Assembly: GCA_963821435.1 (NCBI GenBank)
Contig: CAWGDR010000004.1
Span: 255,596 to 319,595, forward strand
Direction: 5' to 3'
From: an uncultured Acidobacteriota bacterium
GTDB lineage: Bacteria > Acidobacteriota > Thermoanaerobaculia > UBA5066
DNA length: 64,000 bases
Shown here: positions 1 to 11,629 of the stretch, piece after piece
How positions within the stretch are numbered: position 1 is the stretch's first letter
How the letters are laid out: every line of letters begins with the position of its first letter
The notes under the pieces: model-generated
Told to the model about the DNA's origin: nothing
Database searches by the model: none
What the model saw: the letters and a program-made list of their open reading frames with translations, nothing else
Made by a program: the position numbers and the translations under genes

Positions 1-439
1 GCCGCGACGACGACCTTCTCGAGGTTCTCCTTCAGCGCCGGCTCCACGTCGGGGTCGACCGGGCGGCGGCTCGCCAGCGTGATCTCGAGCTTCGCCGGCG
101 AGAAGACCGAGGCGGCGGCGGCCTCGACGTCGGGAAACGAGAGGCTCTGCTGGAGAAACAGCCGCGCGAACTCGGCCTCCGCCGGGAGCGTCCCCGCGGG
201 CCGGGACCGGCGGGGTCGCCGGCCGGCTCGCGCGGGCCATCGTCTCCTCGACGAGGCGCAGCGTCTGCGCCGCGCTCGCCGAGAGGACGACGGAAGCGAC
301 CTCCCGCACGGGCTCGGGCGCGGGCGCCGGCCGGCGCCGCGGGCTCGGTCGCCTGACGGACCGCGGCCGTCGAGAACGAGGAGGTCTCGAAGACCGGCGC
401 CGAGTAGGGCGAGACCGGCGTCTCGGCCGGGACCTTCAT
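1..439 (-). CDS. hypothetical protein, N-terminal portion (gene runs off the window start); Ala/Pro-rich linker; frame disrupted
   Basis: A minus-strand ATG at 437-439 overlaps the stop of the upstream GAF gene (ATGA coupling). The translation 'MKVPAETPVSPYSAPVFETSSFSTAAVRQATEP...' is protein-like. Further downstream, readable protein appears in two other frames ('APAPEPVREVASVVLSASAAQTLRLVEET', 'FARLFLQQSLSFPDVEAAAASVFSPAKLEITLASRRPVDPDVEPALKENLEKVVVA'), implying indels. No family recognised. Confidence 0.3.
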
Positions 440-982
440 CGCCGACGTCGACGACCGAGGGGCTGTCGAGCGCGTGCCCGGCGCCGTTTCCCGCGCCCTC
501 GCCCTCCTGCGTGATCCCGCGTCGGGCGGTACTGCGGGTGGCGCTTCAGCATCTGGGCGAAGCGCCGCAGGAGCTCGGAGACTTCGTGCACGTCGTCGTG
601 CGTGAAGGGGACCCGGCCCGCCTTGTCGCGGATGTCGAGGATGCCGATGATCCGCCCGTCGAGGTAGATGGGCGCGGTGAGGATCTTCGTCGTCGAGGCG
701 CCCTCGAGGAGGTCGGCGAGCTTGCCGGCCTGCCGCAGGTTGTTCACGAAGAACGGCTCGCGGTGCTCGTAGACATGCGTGGCGAGCGGGTCCATCCGGG
801 CGAAGCGGTCGGGGATCCGGTCGGTTCGCGTGAAGCCGAACTGGGACTTGAGGCGGAAAGCTCCCGTGGCGTCGATCGTGTAGACCGCCGCCTTCAGCGG
901 CTGCCATCTCTTCCGCAGCGCGGCGAGAAGGTCCGCGTAGGGTTTCTCGTCTTCCGGCGACAGCACGGGCAGTTTTTCCCAT
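436..982 (-). CDS. GAF domain-containing protein (about 180 aa)
   Basis: The translation 'WEKLPVLSPEDEKPYADLLAALRKRW...AVYTIDATGAFRLKSQFG...IYLDGRIIGILDIRDKAGRVPFTHDDVHEVSELLRRFAQMLKRH' is a typical small-molecule-binding GAF fold signature. The start is either GTG at 966 or ATG at 982 with a +1 shift. The 3' tail is Arg-rich and may be out of frame. Its stop overlaps the next ATG. Confidence 0.5.
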
Positions 983-1167
983 GACAGGATAGCAGCCGGC
1001 GTGCCGGGAACTTCCGATCGGTCCCGGATGCTCGAATGTGGAGCCGCCGCCTCAGCTTGTGGGACCCGACGCCACACCGAGGACCCCGATGCGTGCCCGA
1101 CAACCCTCTGAAATGCAATTAGTTGCGCCCGCCGGCGGATGGCACCGCTTCTGCACCGGAATCGGAC

Positions 1168-2048
1168 GTGAGAATTGCGTCCACCATCTCGCACCCGGTC
1201 CGGGTCGCGGGCGTCGGTCTCCACACCGGTCGACACGTCGAAGCGATCCTCCGGCCGGCGGCGGCCGGCGACGGAATCGTCTTTCACAGGACCGACGTGG
1301 GCGCCGTGATTCCGGCCGTGGCCGAGGAGGCCGCGCGCTTCGACCACGCGACGTCCCTCGGCGAGAGGGGCCGCGACGTCGGGACCGTCGAGCACCTCCT
1401 CTCGGCCCTCGTCGGCGCCGGTGTCGACAACCTCCTCGTGGAGGTGGATGGGCCGGAGCTTCCGATCCTGGACGGCAGCGCCACGCCCTGGCTCGCCGCC
1501 CTCGGCCGCGCCGGCCGCCGCCCGCTCGGCATCGAGATCCGCCCCTTCGTCGCCGCCGACGCACGATCTCCGTTCCGGCGCCGGCCGGCAAGCGCCTCGA
1601 GATCCGTCCCGCGCGGGACCTCCGCGTGACGTACACGATCGACTTTCCGCATCCGATCATCGGCCGGCAGTCGGTCACGGTCGTCGTGACGCCGGAGAGC
1701 TACGCGCGGCACCTCGCGCCCGCCCGCACGTTCGGCTTCCTCTCCGAGTACGAGGCGCTCAAGGCGCACGGCCTCGCCCGCGGCGCCGACGCCGGCAACT
1801 GCATCATCGTCGGCGAGGACCGCGTCGAGAACGGCGAACTCCGCTTCCCGGACGAATTCGTGCGGCACAAGGCGCTGGACCTCCTGGGCGACCTCGCGCT
1901 CGTCGGGCGCCCGGTGGTCGGCCACGTCGTCGCCTACCGGGCGGGCCACGGCCTGCACGCGGCGCTCGCGAGCCGCCTGCGCGAGGAGATGCTCCGCGAG
2001 ACGGAACCGGCCGCCGCCGCCGGCCTCGGCTACTCCCGCCAGGCCTAG
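1168..2048 (+). CDS. lpxC: UDP-3-O-acyl-N-acetylglucosamine deacetylase LpxC, frame broken by an indel near 1555-1590
   Basis: The N-terminal part 'VAGVGLHTGRHVEAILRPAAAGDGIVFHRTDV...TVEHLLSALVGAGVDNLLVEVDGPELPILDGSA' and the C-terminal part 'RLEIRPARDLRVTYTIDFPHP...FVRHKALDLLGDLALVGRPVVGHVVAYRAGHGLHAALASRL' are both diagnostic LpxC motifs. They lie in two frames that join around 'PFVAAD/RTISVPAPAGK'. The GTG at 1168 is chosen as start rather than the ATG at 1123, based on the typical LpxC N-terminal length. Confidence 0.8.
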
Positions 2049-2090
2049 CGGCGGATCCCCGAAGTCCGGGCCCTCCGTCCCCGCGCTAAA

Positions 2091-2699
2091 GTGAGGCGTG
2101 CTCGCCCGCGCCCGGACCCCGGCCGCCTCGACGAGGCTCGCCCTGGCGTTCCTCGCCGCGGTGCTCGTTCCGGGCGCGCCGCCCGCGCGCAGGAGGACCC
2201 CGAGCGGCCCCAGATCCCGAACGTCCTGATCTCGTGGAAGGGCCGGGACATGCACGTCGAGACCTGGCTCGCGCCGGGCCTCCCGAAGGACGTCGAACAG
2301 CGCCTCGCGTCGGGCCTTCCGACGACCGTCACGTGGCGCGTCCGGCTCTTCGAATTCCACAATTTCTGGCTCTGGGACACCCTGAGGAGCGAGCGGCGCT
2401 ACGAGGTGACGGCCACGTTCCGCCCGGTCTCGGCCGACTGGCTGGTCGAGCGGCGCCTGGACGACCGGCTCCTCGCCGCCGACCTGGTCCCGACCCTCGA
2501 GGACGCCGCCCGGCTCCTGACGCGCGTGCCGAAGGTCCCCTTCTTCACGATGGGCCCCGACGTCGCCGGAAAGCCGCTCGTCGTCCGCGTCCGGTGCCTC
2601 TACTCGCGGAGCGTCGCGCTCGGCGTCGTCCCGACGACGTTCGAGACCGACTGGAGGCGATCGACGATCTTCGCCTGGAACGGCGGGACGGAGCCGTGA
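2091..2699 (+). CDS. DUF4390-like periplasmic protein (commonly precedes NtrY-type kinases)
   Basis: 'DMHVETWLAPGLPKDVEQRLASGLPTTVTWRVRLFEFHNFWLWDTLRSERRYEVTATFRPVSADWLVERRLD' is protein-like. A signal-peptide-like 'LALAFLAAVLVPGAPPA' sits in an adjacent frame at 2097-2200, so an indel is likely. The gene position immediately upstream of the sensor kinase supports the call. Confidence 0.45.
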   Translation: MRRARPRPDPGRLDEARPGVPRRGARSGRAARAQEDPERPQIPNVLISWKGRDMHVETWLAPGLPKDVEQRLASGLPTTVTWRVRLFEFHNFWLWDTLRSERRYEVTATFRPVSADWLVERRLDDRLLAADLVPTLEDAARLLTRVPKVPFFTMGPDVAGKPLVVRVRCLYSRSVALGVVPTTFETDWRRSTIFAWNGGTEP

Positions 2700-4855
2700 C
2701 GCCCGGCGCTGGTCCCGCGACAACCGGAGCCTCGCCGCCATCGCGCTGGCGCTCGGCCTCGCGCTCGCCGGCCTCTACGCCCTCTTCCTGAAGACGCGCA
2801 CGCTGACGCCGGCGGCGGCGACGAACCGGGTCCTCCTCTTCGTCCTCTTCTACTTCGTCGTCCTCCTGATCCTCATCCTCCTCTTCGTCATCGTCCGGAG
2901 CGCCGTCCGGCTCGTTCCTCGAGTCGCGGCGCGGCGTCTTCGGCTCGCGGTTTCCGCGTCCGCGTCGTCGCGACGAACGTCGGGCTCGCGCTCCTCCCCA
3001 TCGCCCTGCTCGTCCTCCCGACGACGGGCCTCCTCCAGAAGAGCGTCGAGCAGTGGTTCGCGCCCGCCGTGGAGGAGACCGTGCGGGCGGGCCGCGAGGT
3101 GGCCGACCTCGTCCGCGCCCGCGACGGGGCTTTCGAGGCGCGGACCGGCGCGCGCCTGAGGTCGCGGCTCGCGCGGGTGGAGTCGGACGACGCGGCCGTG
3201 CTCCATCCTCCAGACCGTCCGGGAGGAGTCGGGCGCCGACCTCGTCGAGTGGCGCCGGGCGTCGCCGCCGGGCGCGACGCCGCTCGCCGTCAGCTCGCCG
3301 CGCTGGCCCCTCCACGACCTTCCCGACCCGGGCCCCGACTGGATCGCCGACGCGACCGCCCGCGGGCGCCTCCCGCCGCATCGAGCAGGCGCGGGACGGC
3401 GGCCAGGCGGCGCGGACGCGTCCTGCCCGCCCCGAACGGCGTCCTCGTCGTCGGGACCTACGACCCTCCGGCCGAGGCGGGAGCCGCTCCGCCGGCTCTC
3501 GGAGGCGACCTCGGCGTACGCGATGCTCCAGGCCGAGCGCTCGTCGCTCGCCGCGATCCAGGTCCTCCTCTTTCTCCTGCTCGCGTTCCTCGTCCTCCTC
3601 GCGTCGGTCTGGGTCGGGCTTCTCCTCGCCCGCCGCGTCACGCGGCCGATCGCGGCCCTCGCCGCGTCGGCCCGGCGGATCGGCGCGGGCGACTTCGACG
3701 CCGCCGTCGAGGTGGAGGGGGGGACGAGATCGCGGCCCTCTCCGGCGCCTTCAACTCGATGACGGCCGAGCTGCGCCGGAGCCGCGCTCATCTCGTGAAG
3801 GCGAACGAGGAGCTCCTCGGGACGAACCGGCGCCTCGACGAGGAGCGCCGGCGCGTCGGGACGATTCTCGCCCACGTCGGCGCCGGCGTCGTGGCCTTCG
3901 CCGACGACCGGACCCTCCTGGCGCTCAACGAGACCGCGCGCCGGCTCCTCGCGGCGCCGCACGCGGCCGAGGGGGAGCCGCTCGACGACGCTGCTGGCCG
4001 GACGGGAGCTGGAGCCGCTCCGGCAGTTCCTCCGGGGCGCGGTCGAAGCCGATGCTCCCCGCGAGACGACGCTCTCCCTGTCCGGCCGCGTCCTCGACGC
4101 GCGCGTCGCCCGCGTCCCGGCGCAGCCCGGCGAGAACGCGTCGTGGGTCGTCACGCTCGAAGACACGACCGCCCTCGTCCGGGCCGAGCGTGCCTCCGCG
4201 TGGGAGGAGGCGGCCCGCCGGATGGCGCACGAGATCAAGAACCCACTCACGCCGATCCGGCTCGCGGCGGAGCGGATGCGCCGGCGGGCCGCGGCGGCGG
4301 GCGACCGCGAGCTGCACCAGGTCGTCGAGGAGGGGGCCTCGACGATCATCGACGAGGTCTCGACGCTCTCCGGCCTCGTCGACTCCTTCGGGCGATTCGC
4401 GCGGCTGCCGGCCGCGCGGCTCGAGCCCGCGGACCTCGGCGGCGTCGTCCTTCAGGTGGCGAAGCTCTACGGCGCCATGAAGCCCGGCGTCACGGTCACG
4501 GCGGAGGTCCCGCCCGACCTCCCCGCCGTCCGCGCCGACGCCGAGCAGGTCAAGCGGCTCCTCGTGAACCTGGTCGACAACGCCGTCGCGGCGACCCCGG
4601 CGGGCGGGGCGGTCTCGATCCGGGCGACGGTCGACGGGGGACGGGCCGTCGCTCTCCGTGACGGACGACGGCCCCGGCATCCCGCCCGCGGACCGCGGAC
4701 GCGTCTTCGACCCGAGCTTCTCGACGAAGGAGCGCGGGACGGGGCTCGGGCTCTCGATCGCCGCGCGGATCGCCGCGGAGCACGCGGGGCGCGTCACCCT
4801 GGAGGAGAATGTGCCGCACGGATGCCGTTTCGTCTTCGAGTGGCCCGCCGGGTGA
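2700..4855 (+). CDS. ntrY: NtrY-like sensor histidine kinase (TM/HAMP/PAS/HisKA/HATPase_c), fragmented by at least 4 indels
   Basis: The TM segment and HAMP domain ('RRVTRPIAALAASARRIGAGDFDAAVEVEGG', 'DEIAALSGAFNSMTAELRRS') are present. The HisKA H-box 'MAHEIKNPLTPIRLAAERM', the N/G1 box 'LLVNLVDNAVAAT' and the G2 box 'DDGPGIPPADRGRVFDPSFSTKERGTGLGLSIAARI' are all found, but spread over at least four frames. The gene ends 'EWPAG*' at 4855, just before the response regulator. Confidence 0.7.
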
Positions 4856-4859
4856 GGCG

Positions 4860-6254
<1,395 letters not shown>

Positions 6255-6290
6255 GCGCCGCCGCGAAGGAGGCCCGGCCGGCCCGGGGCG

Positions 6291-7214
6291 TCACTCCCCC
6301 TTCGACGAGAAGGCGAGGTCGAGGAGCTTGTTCTCGAGGACCTGCGGGCCCGGATCGGCCTCGAGCCTGAGGTAGTGAGACGCCGCGCCGAAGAGCGCGG
6401 GGGCCGGGACGAGGCCCACGATCTCGCTCCCCACGACCGGGACGCCGTAGCGCTCGGCCTCGATCCGCACGGTCTCGAAGACGCGGTGGAGCGGCGTCTT
6501 TTCGTAGTTCGTCATGTTGATCGAGACCTGGACCTGGCCCCGCGCCTCCAGCTTCACGCCCATCGCCTTCACGAACCGGTAGCCGCCCGAGAGGTGCCGG
6601 ATGGCCTTTGCGATCCGGTCCGCGACGGCGAGGTCCGCCGTGCCGAGGTTGACGTTGTAAGCGATGAGCGGCGCGCGCGCTCCGACGACCGTCGCGCCCC
6701 CGCGGGGGTGCGGCGCCGGAGGGCCGAAGTCCGGCGTCCACGCCGGGTCCTTCATCTTCGCGGCCAGCCCTTCGAACTCCCCCTTCCGGACGTTCGCGAG
6801 GTTCTGCCTTTCGGGCGACGACGCCGCGTCCTCGTAGAGGTAGACGGGGAGGTCGTACCGCGCGGCGAGCGCCTTCCCCAGCTCCCTCGCGAGGGCGACG
6901 CAATCGGCCGACGTGGCGCCGCGGACCGGGACGAACGGAATCACGTCGACCGCGCCGAGGCGCGGGTGCGCGCCCCGGTGCGTCGCGAGGTCGATCTCCT
7001 CGAGTGCCGCCCCGACGAGTGCCGTCATCCCCCGGACGAGAGCGGGCCCGTCGCCGAGGTAGGTGAAGACCGAGCGGTTGTGGTCCTTGTCCGAGGTCCG
7101 GTCGAGGAGGAGCACGCCCGGGCCCGCGTGGACCGCGGACTCGGCGAGCCGCGCGACGACGTCGTCCCTCCGGCCTTCGCTGACGTTGGGGATGCATTCG
7201 ATCAGGCTTTTCAT
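6291..7214 (-). CDS. glutamate formimidoyltransferase (FTCD N-terminal domain family)
   Basis: The gene is intact. 'MKSLIECIPNVSEGRRDDVV...' is the classic formiminotransferase N-terminus, and the length is about 307 aa. Confidence 0.85.
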   Translation of the reverse strand: MKSLIECIPNVSEGRRDDVVARLAESAVHAGPGVLLLDRTSDKDHNRSVFTYLGDGPALVRGMTALVGAALEEIDLATHRGAHPRLGAVDVIPFVPVRGATSADCVALARELGKALAARYDLPVYLYEDAASSPERQNLANVRKGEFEGLAAKMKDPAWTPDFGPPAPHPRGGATVVGARAPLIAYNVNLGTADLAVADRIAKAIRHLSGGYRFVKAMGVKLEARGQVQVSINMTNYEKTPLHRVFETVRIEAERYGVPVVGSEIVGLVPAPALFGAASHYLRLEADPGPQVLENKLLDLAFSSKGE

Positions 7215-7261
7215 CGCGCCTCTCGTCTCCAAGCCCATCGTACCCTGCTAGCATTCCGTCG

Positions 7262-9250
7262 ATGAATTCGTACGAGGGCAGCCCCTCCCTCGCCCCGGAG
7301 GCGCGCGAGAAGGTCCTGCAGACGTTCCGGCACACGCTCCAGCTGGCCCGCGACGCGCGAAACGAGGAGGCCCTTCTCGGCTGCGACTTCATCCTGAAGA
7401 TGGACACCCGCTTCTCGCCGGCGCGCCAGCTGCTCGAGAGCCTGCGCGGCGTCCCCTCGGGAACCCGCGTCGACCTCGCGCCCTTCGATCCCTTCCTCGG
7501 CCCGGCGGCCGCCGCGCCGCCCGCTCAGGCGGCGCCCGCGCCGGGGTCGGTTTTTCCGCCGCGCCCCGCGCCCGTGGCCCCGATGGTCCCGCCCGGGCCG
7601 GCCCCCGCCGCGCCCGCGCCCACCGGCTCCCTCGACGACCTCGTTTTCGACGACTTCGCGGCCGCCGACCCTTTCGGCGGAGCCCCGGCGGCTCCCGGTC
7701 CGGCGGCGGAGGCCGCCCCGGCGCCGTCGTTCGGCGAGCCCGAGCCGCCGCCGTCGGATGAGCCGCCCGAAGCGATCTCCGGCGGCTTCGACCTCGTGCA
7801 GGACCCGTTCGGCGCCGGCACCGAGCCCCCACTTGCGGCCGCGCCCGGGGCTTCGCCACCGTCTCCGGAACTCTCCCCGTCCGCCTCGCGCGTCGGCCCC
7901 GGCCCGAGCGCGGCCATGTCCGGAGACCCGCGGATCGCGCAGTTCCTCAAGCAGGGGGACGACGCGCTCGCGCGCGGAAACCCGCAGGAGGCGATCGACC
8001 TCTGGAGCCGCGTCTTCCTGATCGACCTTTCGAACGACGAGGCGTCGCGCCGGATCGACGCGGCGCGGGACCAGCTGGCCGACTCTTCCCGGAAGGTCGA
8101 CCTCCTCGTCTCCGAAGGGGTGCAGCTCTACGAGGCGGGAGACCTCCCGGGCGCCCGGAGCAAGTTCCTCGACGTCCTCGCCATTTCGGAGCACGACGCG
8201 ACGGCCCGCTCGTACCTGAACCAGATCGAGGCGGCGCTCTCCGCCCCGGCGTCCGCGGCGTCCACGCCGGGGACCGACTCCGACTTCATGCGCCACGAGC
8301 TGGAGGCGCCGCATCCCCCCTCGTTCGCCGACAGCTCCGAGCCCAGCCTCGAGGCGGCGCTCTCGGCGCCCGACGCGCCCGGGACGGCCGGCCAAGAGGC
8401 GCCCGCGGCGTTCGAGGCGCGCGGCCCGCGGCGGGGCGGCCTCGACCTCAGGGTGGTTCTCGCCGTCGGGTTCGCCCTCCTCCTCGCAATCGGAGGCGGA
8501 GCGTGGTGGCTCTTCCGGGGACGGCGCCCCCGCCCGCCGGCGGACGCGAAGGGGACGGCCGGGCAGCCGGCGGCCGGGGCCGCCTCGAAGGCGAAGCCGG
8601 CGCCCGACGATCCCGTCGCCAAGGCGCAGCAGCTCTTCGAGCAGGGAAAGGTCGACGCCGCAATCCAGGCGCTGCTCGCCATCCCCGATGGCGACCCGCG
8701 CCACAACGAGGCCCTGACGAAGATCGACCAGTACCGGAACGCCGCGGCACCGACGCCGGCCGCGAACGCCCCGGGGCCGGCGAACCTGGAGGAGCTCCGC
8801 GCGCAGGGCTTCGCCGCCCTCAAGGCGAGCCGGTACATCGACGTGGTCAAGGCGCTCGACCCGGTCGTGAAGGCGCGGCCCGAGGACGCCGAGGCCGCCC
8901 AGGCCCTCAAGAAGGCCCGCGAGCAGGTGGACGCGCTCCGGAGCGCCGCGAAGTCGTACGCCGAAGGGGACTACGACGGCGCGATCAAGCTCCTCTGGGA
9001 GCTCCGGAAGATCGATGCGAAGAACCAGGACGTCGAGGAGTACCTCCTCAACTCCTACGTCAACAGCGGCATCCAGGCCCTGCAGTCCGGGAACATGGAC
9101 CGGGCTTCCGCGGCTTTCCTCGAGGCGATCAAGATCCGGCCGACGGACACCGACGCGCAGCGCCTCCACAAGTTCGCGAAGCGCTACGCGAAGGGAACGA
9201 ACGACCTTCTCGCGCGCATCTTCGTCCGTCACCTGACGATCCGGCAGTGA
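7262..9250 (+). CDS. TPR-repeat membrane protein with long Pro/Ala-rich linker and one TM helix
   Basis: The gene is intact at 662 aa. It has TPR-like helices ('AIDLWSRVFLIDLSNDEASRRIDAARDQL'), a Pro/Ala low-complexity region and a TM segment 'VVLAVGFALLLAIGGGAWWLF'. A TAGCAT -10-like hexamer lies 7 nt upstream of the ATG. Confidence 0.65.
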   Translation: MNSYEGSPSLAPEAREKVLQTFRHTLQLARDARNEEALLGCDFILKMDTRFSPARQLLESLRGVPSGTRVDLAPFDPFLGPAAAAPPAQAAPAPGSVFPPRPAPVAPMVPPGPAPAAPAPTGSLDDLVFDDFAAADPFGGAPAAPGPAAEAAPAPSFGEPEPPPSDEPPEAISGGFDLVQDPFGAGTEPPLAAAPGASPPSPELSPSASRVGPGPSAAMSGDPRIAQFLKQGDDALARGNPQEAIDLWSRVFLIDLSNDEASRRIDAARDQLADSSRKVDLLVSEGVQLYEAGDLPGARSKFLDVLAISEHDATARSYLNQIEAALSAPASAASTPGTDSDFMRHELEAPHPPSFADSSEPSLEAALSAPDAPGTAGQEAPAAFEARGPRRGGLDLRVVLAVGFALLLAIGGGAWWLFRGRRPRPPADAKGTAGQPAAGAASKAKPAPDDPVAKAQQLFEQGKVDAAIQALLAIPDGDPRHNEALTKIDQYRNAAAPTPAANAPGPANLEELRAQGFAALKASRYIDVVKALDPVVKARPEDAEAAQALKKAREQVDALRSAAKSYAEGDYDGAIKLLWELRKIDAKNQDVEEYLLNSYVNSGIQALQSGNMDRASAAFLEAIKIRPTDTDAQRLHKFAKRYAKGTNDLLARIFVRHLTIRQ

Positions 9251-9257
9251 CCCGCTG

Positions 9258-9935
9258 ATGGCCGAGCCGCCTCGCGACCCCCTCGCCGAGCATCCACTCG
9301 GCGGGGAGCCGCCCCGCAAGGCCCCGCGCGGCAAGACGCTGTCGCTCTTTCCGGACGTCGGCGAGACGCCGCTCCGGCCGGGACGGGAGACGGCCCCGAC
9401 CGCCGCGCCCGCGGTCGAGGCGGAGGCCTCGCGCCTCCCCGAGGCCGTCGAGGCGGGGGGCCCGCGGAATACGGAGGAGGACGAGGCCCCGATCGTGAGC
9501 CTCTCCGCCGAGTCCGACGGGCGCGTCGTCTTCGCGCGCCGCATCGCCGCGGGCCTCGCGGACCTCCTGATCCTCGCGCTCGTGGCGGCGGTGGAGCTGG
9601 CGGCCGGCGCCCTCCTCCTCGAGCTTCGCTTTCCGCTTCGTGCCCTCGTCCCGCTCGCGGCCTTCCTCTTCATCGCGGCGCTCGTCCTCCTCGTCCTCGC
9701 GCCGTTCGTCTGGGGGACGACGCCGGGGATGGCGCTCGCCGACCTCCGGATCCGCGCGGAGGACGGAGGGTCGCCGACGCTCCTCTCCTCCTTCCTTCGC
9801 TTCGTCGGCTTCCTCCTGACGGGCCTCCTCGCCGGCGTGCCGCTCCTCCTCGCCGCGTTCGACCGGCGCGGCCGGACCCTCGCCGACCTCCTCTCGTCGA
9901 CGACCGTCGCCGCGGCCGAACGGCCCGACGCCTGA
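9258..9935 (+). CDS. RDD family membrane protein
   Basis: The 'RR..AG..DLLILALV' motif followed by two or three TM helices matches the RDD-domain topology. The Pro-rich N-terminus is consistent with this family. Confidence 0.65.
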   Translation: MAEPPRDPLAEHPLGGEPPRKAPRGKTLSLFPDVGETPLRPGRETAPTAAPAVEAEASRLPEAVEAGGPRNTEEDEAPIVSLSAESDGRVVFARRIAAGLADLLILALVAAVELAAGALLLELRFPLRALVPLAAFLFIAALVLLVLAPFVWGTTPGMALADLRIRAEDGGSPTLLSSFLRFVGFLLTGLLAGVPLLLAAFDRRGRTLADLLSSTTVAAAERPDA

Positions 9936-11629
9936 TGCGGCTGGCCCTCGCCCAGATCGACACGACCGTCGGCGATTTCGAGGGAAATGCCGCGAAGATC
10001 CTCCGGAGCCTCGCCCGCGCCGAAGAGGCCGCCGCGCACCTCCTGGCCGTCCCCGAGCTCTCGCTCTGCGGCTACCCCCCGCGGGACCTGATCGAGCGGC
10101 CGGCGTTCCAGCAGGAAGGCGCGCGGGCGCTCGCCGCGCTGACGCGGCGCGTCGGGGAGACGGCCCTCCTCGTCGGCACGTTTCTTCCGAATCGGAAGCG
10201 GACCGGCAAGCCTTTCCACAACGCGGCCGTCCTCCTCCACCGCGGGAAGGCGAAGGCCGTCGCCCGGAAGCTTCTCCTCCCCACCTACGACGTCTTCGAC
10301 GAGGGGCGGCACTTCGAGGCCGGAGCCTCGTGCACGCTCGTCCGCCTCGCGGGCGAAACGCTCGGCCTCTCGATCTGCGAGGACCTCTGGAACGACAAGG
10401 ACTTCTGGCGCACGCGGCGGCTCTATCGCGAGGACCCCGGCGACGAGCTGGTCCGACGGGGCGCGACGCTGATCCTGAACGTCTCGGCCTCCCCCTTCAA
10501 CGAGGGAAAGCCGGCGCTCCGGAGGCGGATGCTGGCGCGCCTCGCCCGCGACGGCCGCGTCCCCGTCGCCTACGTCAACCTCGTCGGCGGGAACGACGAG
10601 CTGGTCTTCGACGGCGGGTCGATCGTCCTCGACGGCTCGGGGCGCGTTGCGGCCCGCGCCGCCCTCTTCGAGGAGGACTTCGTCGTCGTCGAGCTCGGGC
10701 CGGGGAGGGGACGCGCCCGCCGGATCCGCGCGGTTCCGGGGCGCCGGCCCCGCGCCTTCTCCGACGACGCCGATGGAAACCCGCTCGAGTCGCTCCGGCG
10801 GGCGCTCGTCCTCGGCATCCGCGATTACGCGGCCAAGTGCGGATTCCCGACCGCGGTCCTCGGCCTCTCGGGCGGCATCGACTCGGCGCTCGTCGCGGCG
10901 CTCGCTGCCGAGGCCCTCGGGGCGGAGAACGTGACCGGGATCGCCCTCCCGTCGCCCTACTCCTCGGCCGGTTCGATCGCGGACGCGCGGGTCCTGGCGA
11001 AGAACCTCCAGATCCGCTTCGAGGTCCTGCCGATCGGCCCGCTCTTCGCCGCCGCGAAGGAAACGCTCGGCCCGCTCTTCTCGGGGCGCTCCGAGGACGT
11101 GGCCGAGGAGAACGTGCAGTCGCGCCTCCGCGGCCTCCTCTTGATGGCGGTCTCGAACAAGTTCGGACCGCTCGTCCTGACGACCGGGAACAAGAGCGAG
11201 CTCGCGATCGGCTACTGCACGCTCTACGGCGACATGTGCGGGGGCCTCGCCCCGATCTCGGACCTTCCGAAATTGCGTGTTTACGCGCTCGCCCGGCACC
11301 TCAACGCCCGGGCGGCCCGGCCGCTGATCCCCGAGGCGAGCCTGACGAAGCCGCCATCGGCCGAGCTCCGGCCGGGCCAGACCGACCAGGACACGCTCCC
11401 GCCCTACCCGCTGCTCGACGCGATTCTCGAGTCGCTGGTCGAGCGGGGCCTCTCGGCGCGCGCGACGGCCGCCCGGGTGAAGGCGCCGCTCTCCCTCGTC
11501 ACCGGCATCGCACGGCAGCTCGACCGCGCCGAATACAAGCGGGCACAGGCCGCGCCGGGCCTGAAGGTCTCCGCGAAGGCGTTCGGCACCGGCCGGCGGA
11601 TCCCGATCGCGCAGAGGTCACCCGTCTGA
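9935..11629 (+). CDS. nadE: glutamine-dependent NAD+ synthetase (CN-hydrolase + NAD synthetase domains)
   Basis: The gene is intact at 564 aa. The nitrilase-like N-terminus contains 'LSICEDLW' and the PP-loop is 'GLSGGIDSALVAAL'. The ATG overlaps the upstream stop (TGATG). Confidence 0.9.
   Translation: MRLALAQIDTTVGDFEGNAAKILRSLARAEEAAAHLLAVPELSLCGYPPRDLIERPAFQQEGARALAALTRRVGETALLVGTFLPNRKRTGKPFHNAAVLLHRGKAKAVARKLLLPTYDVFDEGRHFEAGASCTLVRLAGETLGLSICEDLWNDKDFWRTRRLYREDPGDELVRRGATLILNVSASPFNEGKPALRRRMLARLARDGRVPVAYVNLVGGNDELVFDGGSIVLDGSGRVAARAALFEEDFVVVELGPGRGRARRIRAVPGRRPRAFSDDADGNPLESLRRALVLGIRDYAAKCGFPTAVLGLSGGIDSALVAALAAEALGAENVTGIALPSPYSSAGSIADARVLAKNLQIRFEVLPIGPLFAAAKETLGPLFSGRSEDVAEENVQSRLRGLLLMAVSNKFGPLVLTTGNKSELAIGYCTLYGDMCGGLAPISDLPKLRVYALARHLNARAARPLIPEASLTKPPSAELRPGQTDQDTLPPYPLLDAILESLVERGLSARATAARVKAPLSLVTGIARQLDRAEYKRAQAAPGLKVSAKAFGTGRRIPIAQRSPV

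Noticed and set aside
1123-1167. The ATG at 1123 as the lpxC start
   Set aside because: It would give an atypically long, low-complexity N-terminal extension. The GTG at 1168 yields the usual roughly 10-residue lead-in before the GVGLHTG motif.
1168-2048. Calling lpxC (and likewise glyA, gatB, ftsE, accD, folC and others) a pseudogene because of frameshifts
   Set aside because: These are essential single-copy genes. The disruptions are single-base frame changes clustered by region while neighbouring regions are flawless. Sequencing or assembly indels are far more likely.
3523-3762. The 79-aa ORF as an independent small membrane protein
   Set aside because: It is the TM2/HAMP segment ('RRVTRPIAALAASARRIGAGDFDAAVEVEGG') of the NtrY-like kinase, isolated by flanking indels.
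7211-11299. Very long ORFs such as 7211-11299 (minus, 1362 aa), 10330-13908 (plus, 1192 aa), 20209-23253 (plus, 1014 aa), 12353-14611 (minus), 26957-28612 (minus) and 44695-46380 (minus)
   Set aside because: Their translations are Arg/Gly/Pro/Ala-rich and low in complexity, with no motifs. They lie antisense to, or out of frame with, confidently recognised genes (the TPR protein, nadE, the Ser/Thr kinase, glyA, the OmpA-family gene and the PLP-decarboxylase). These are the usual stop-codon-poor spurious ORFs of a 70% GC sequence.
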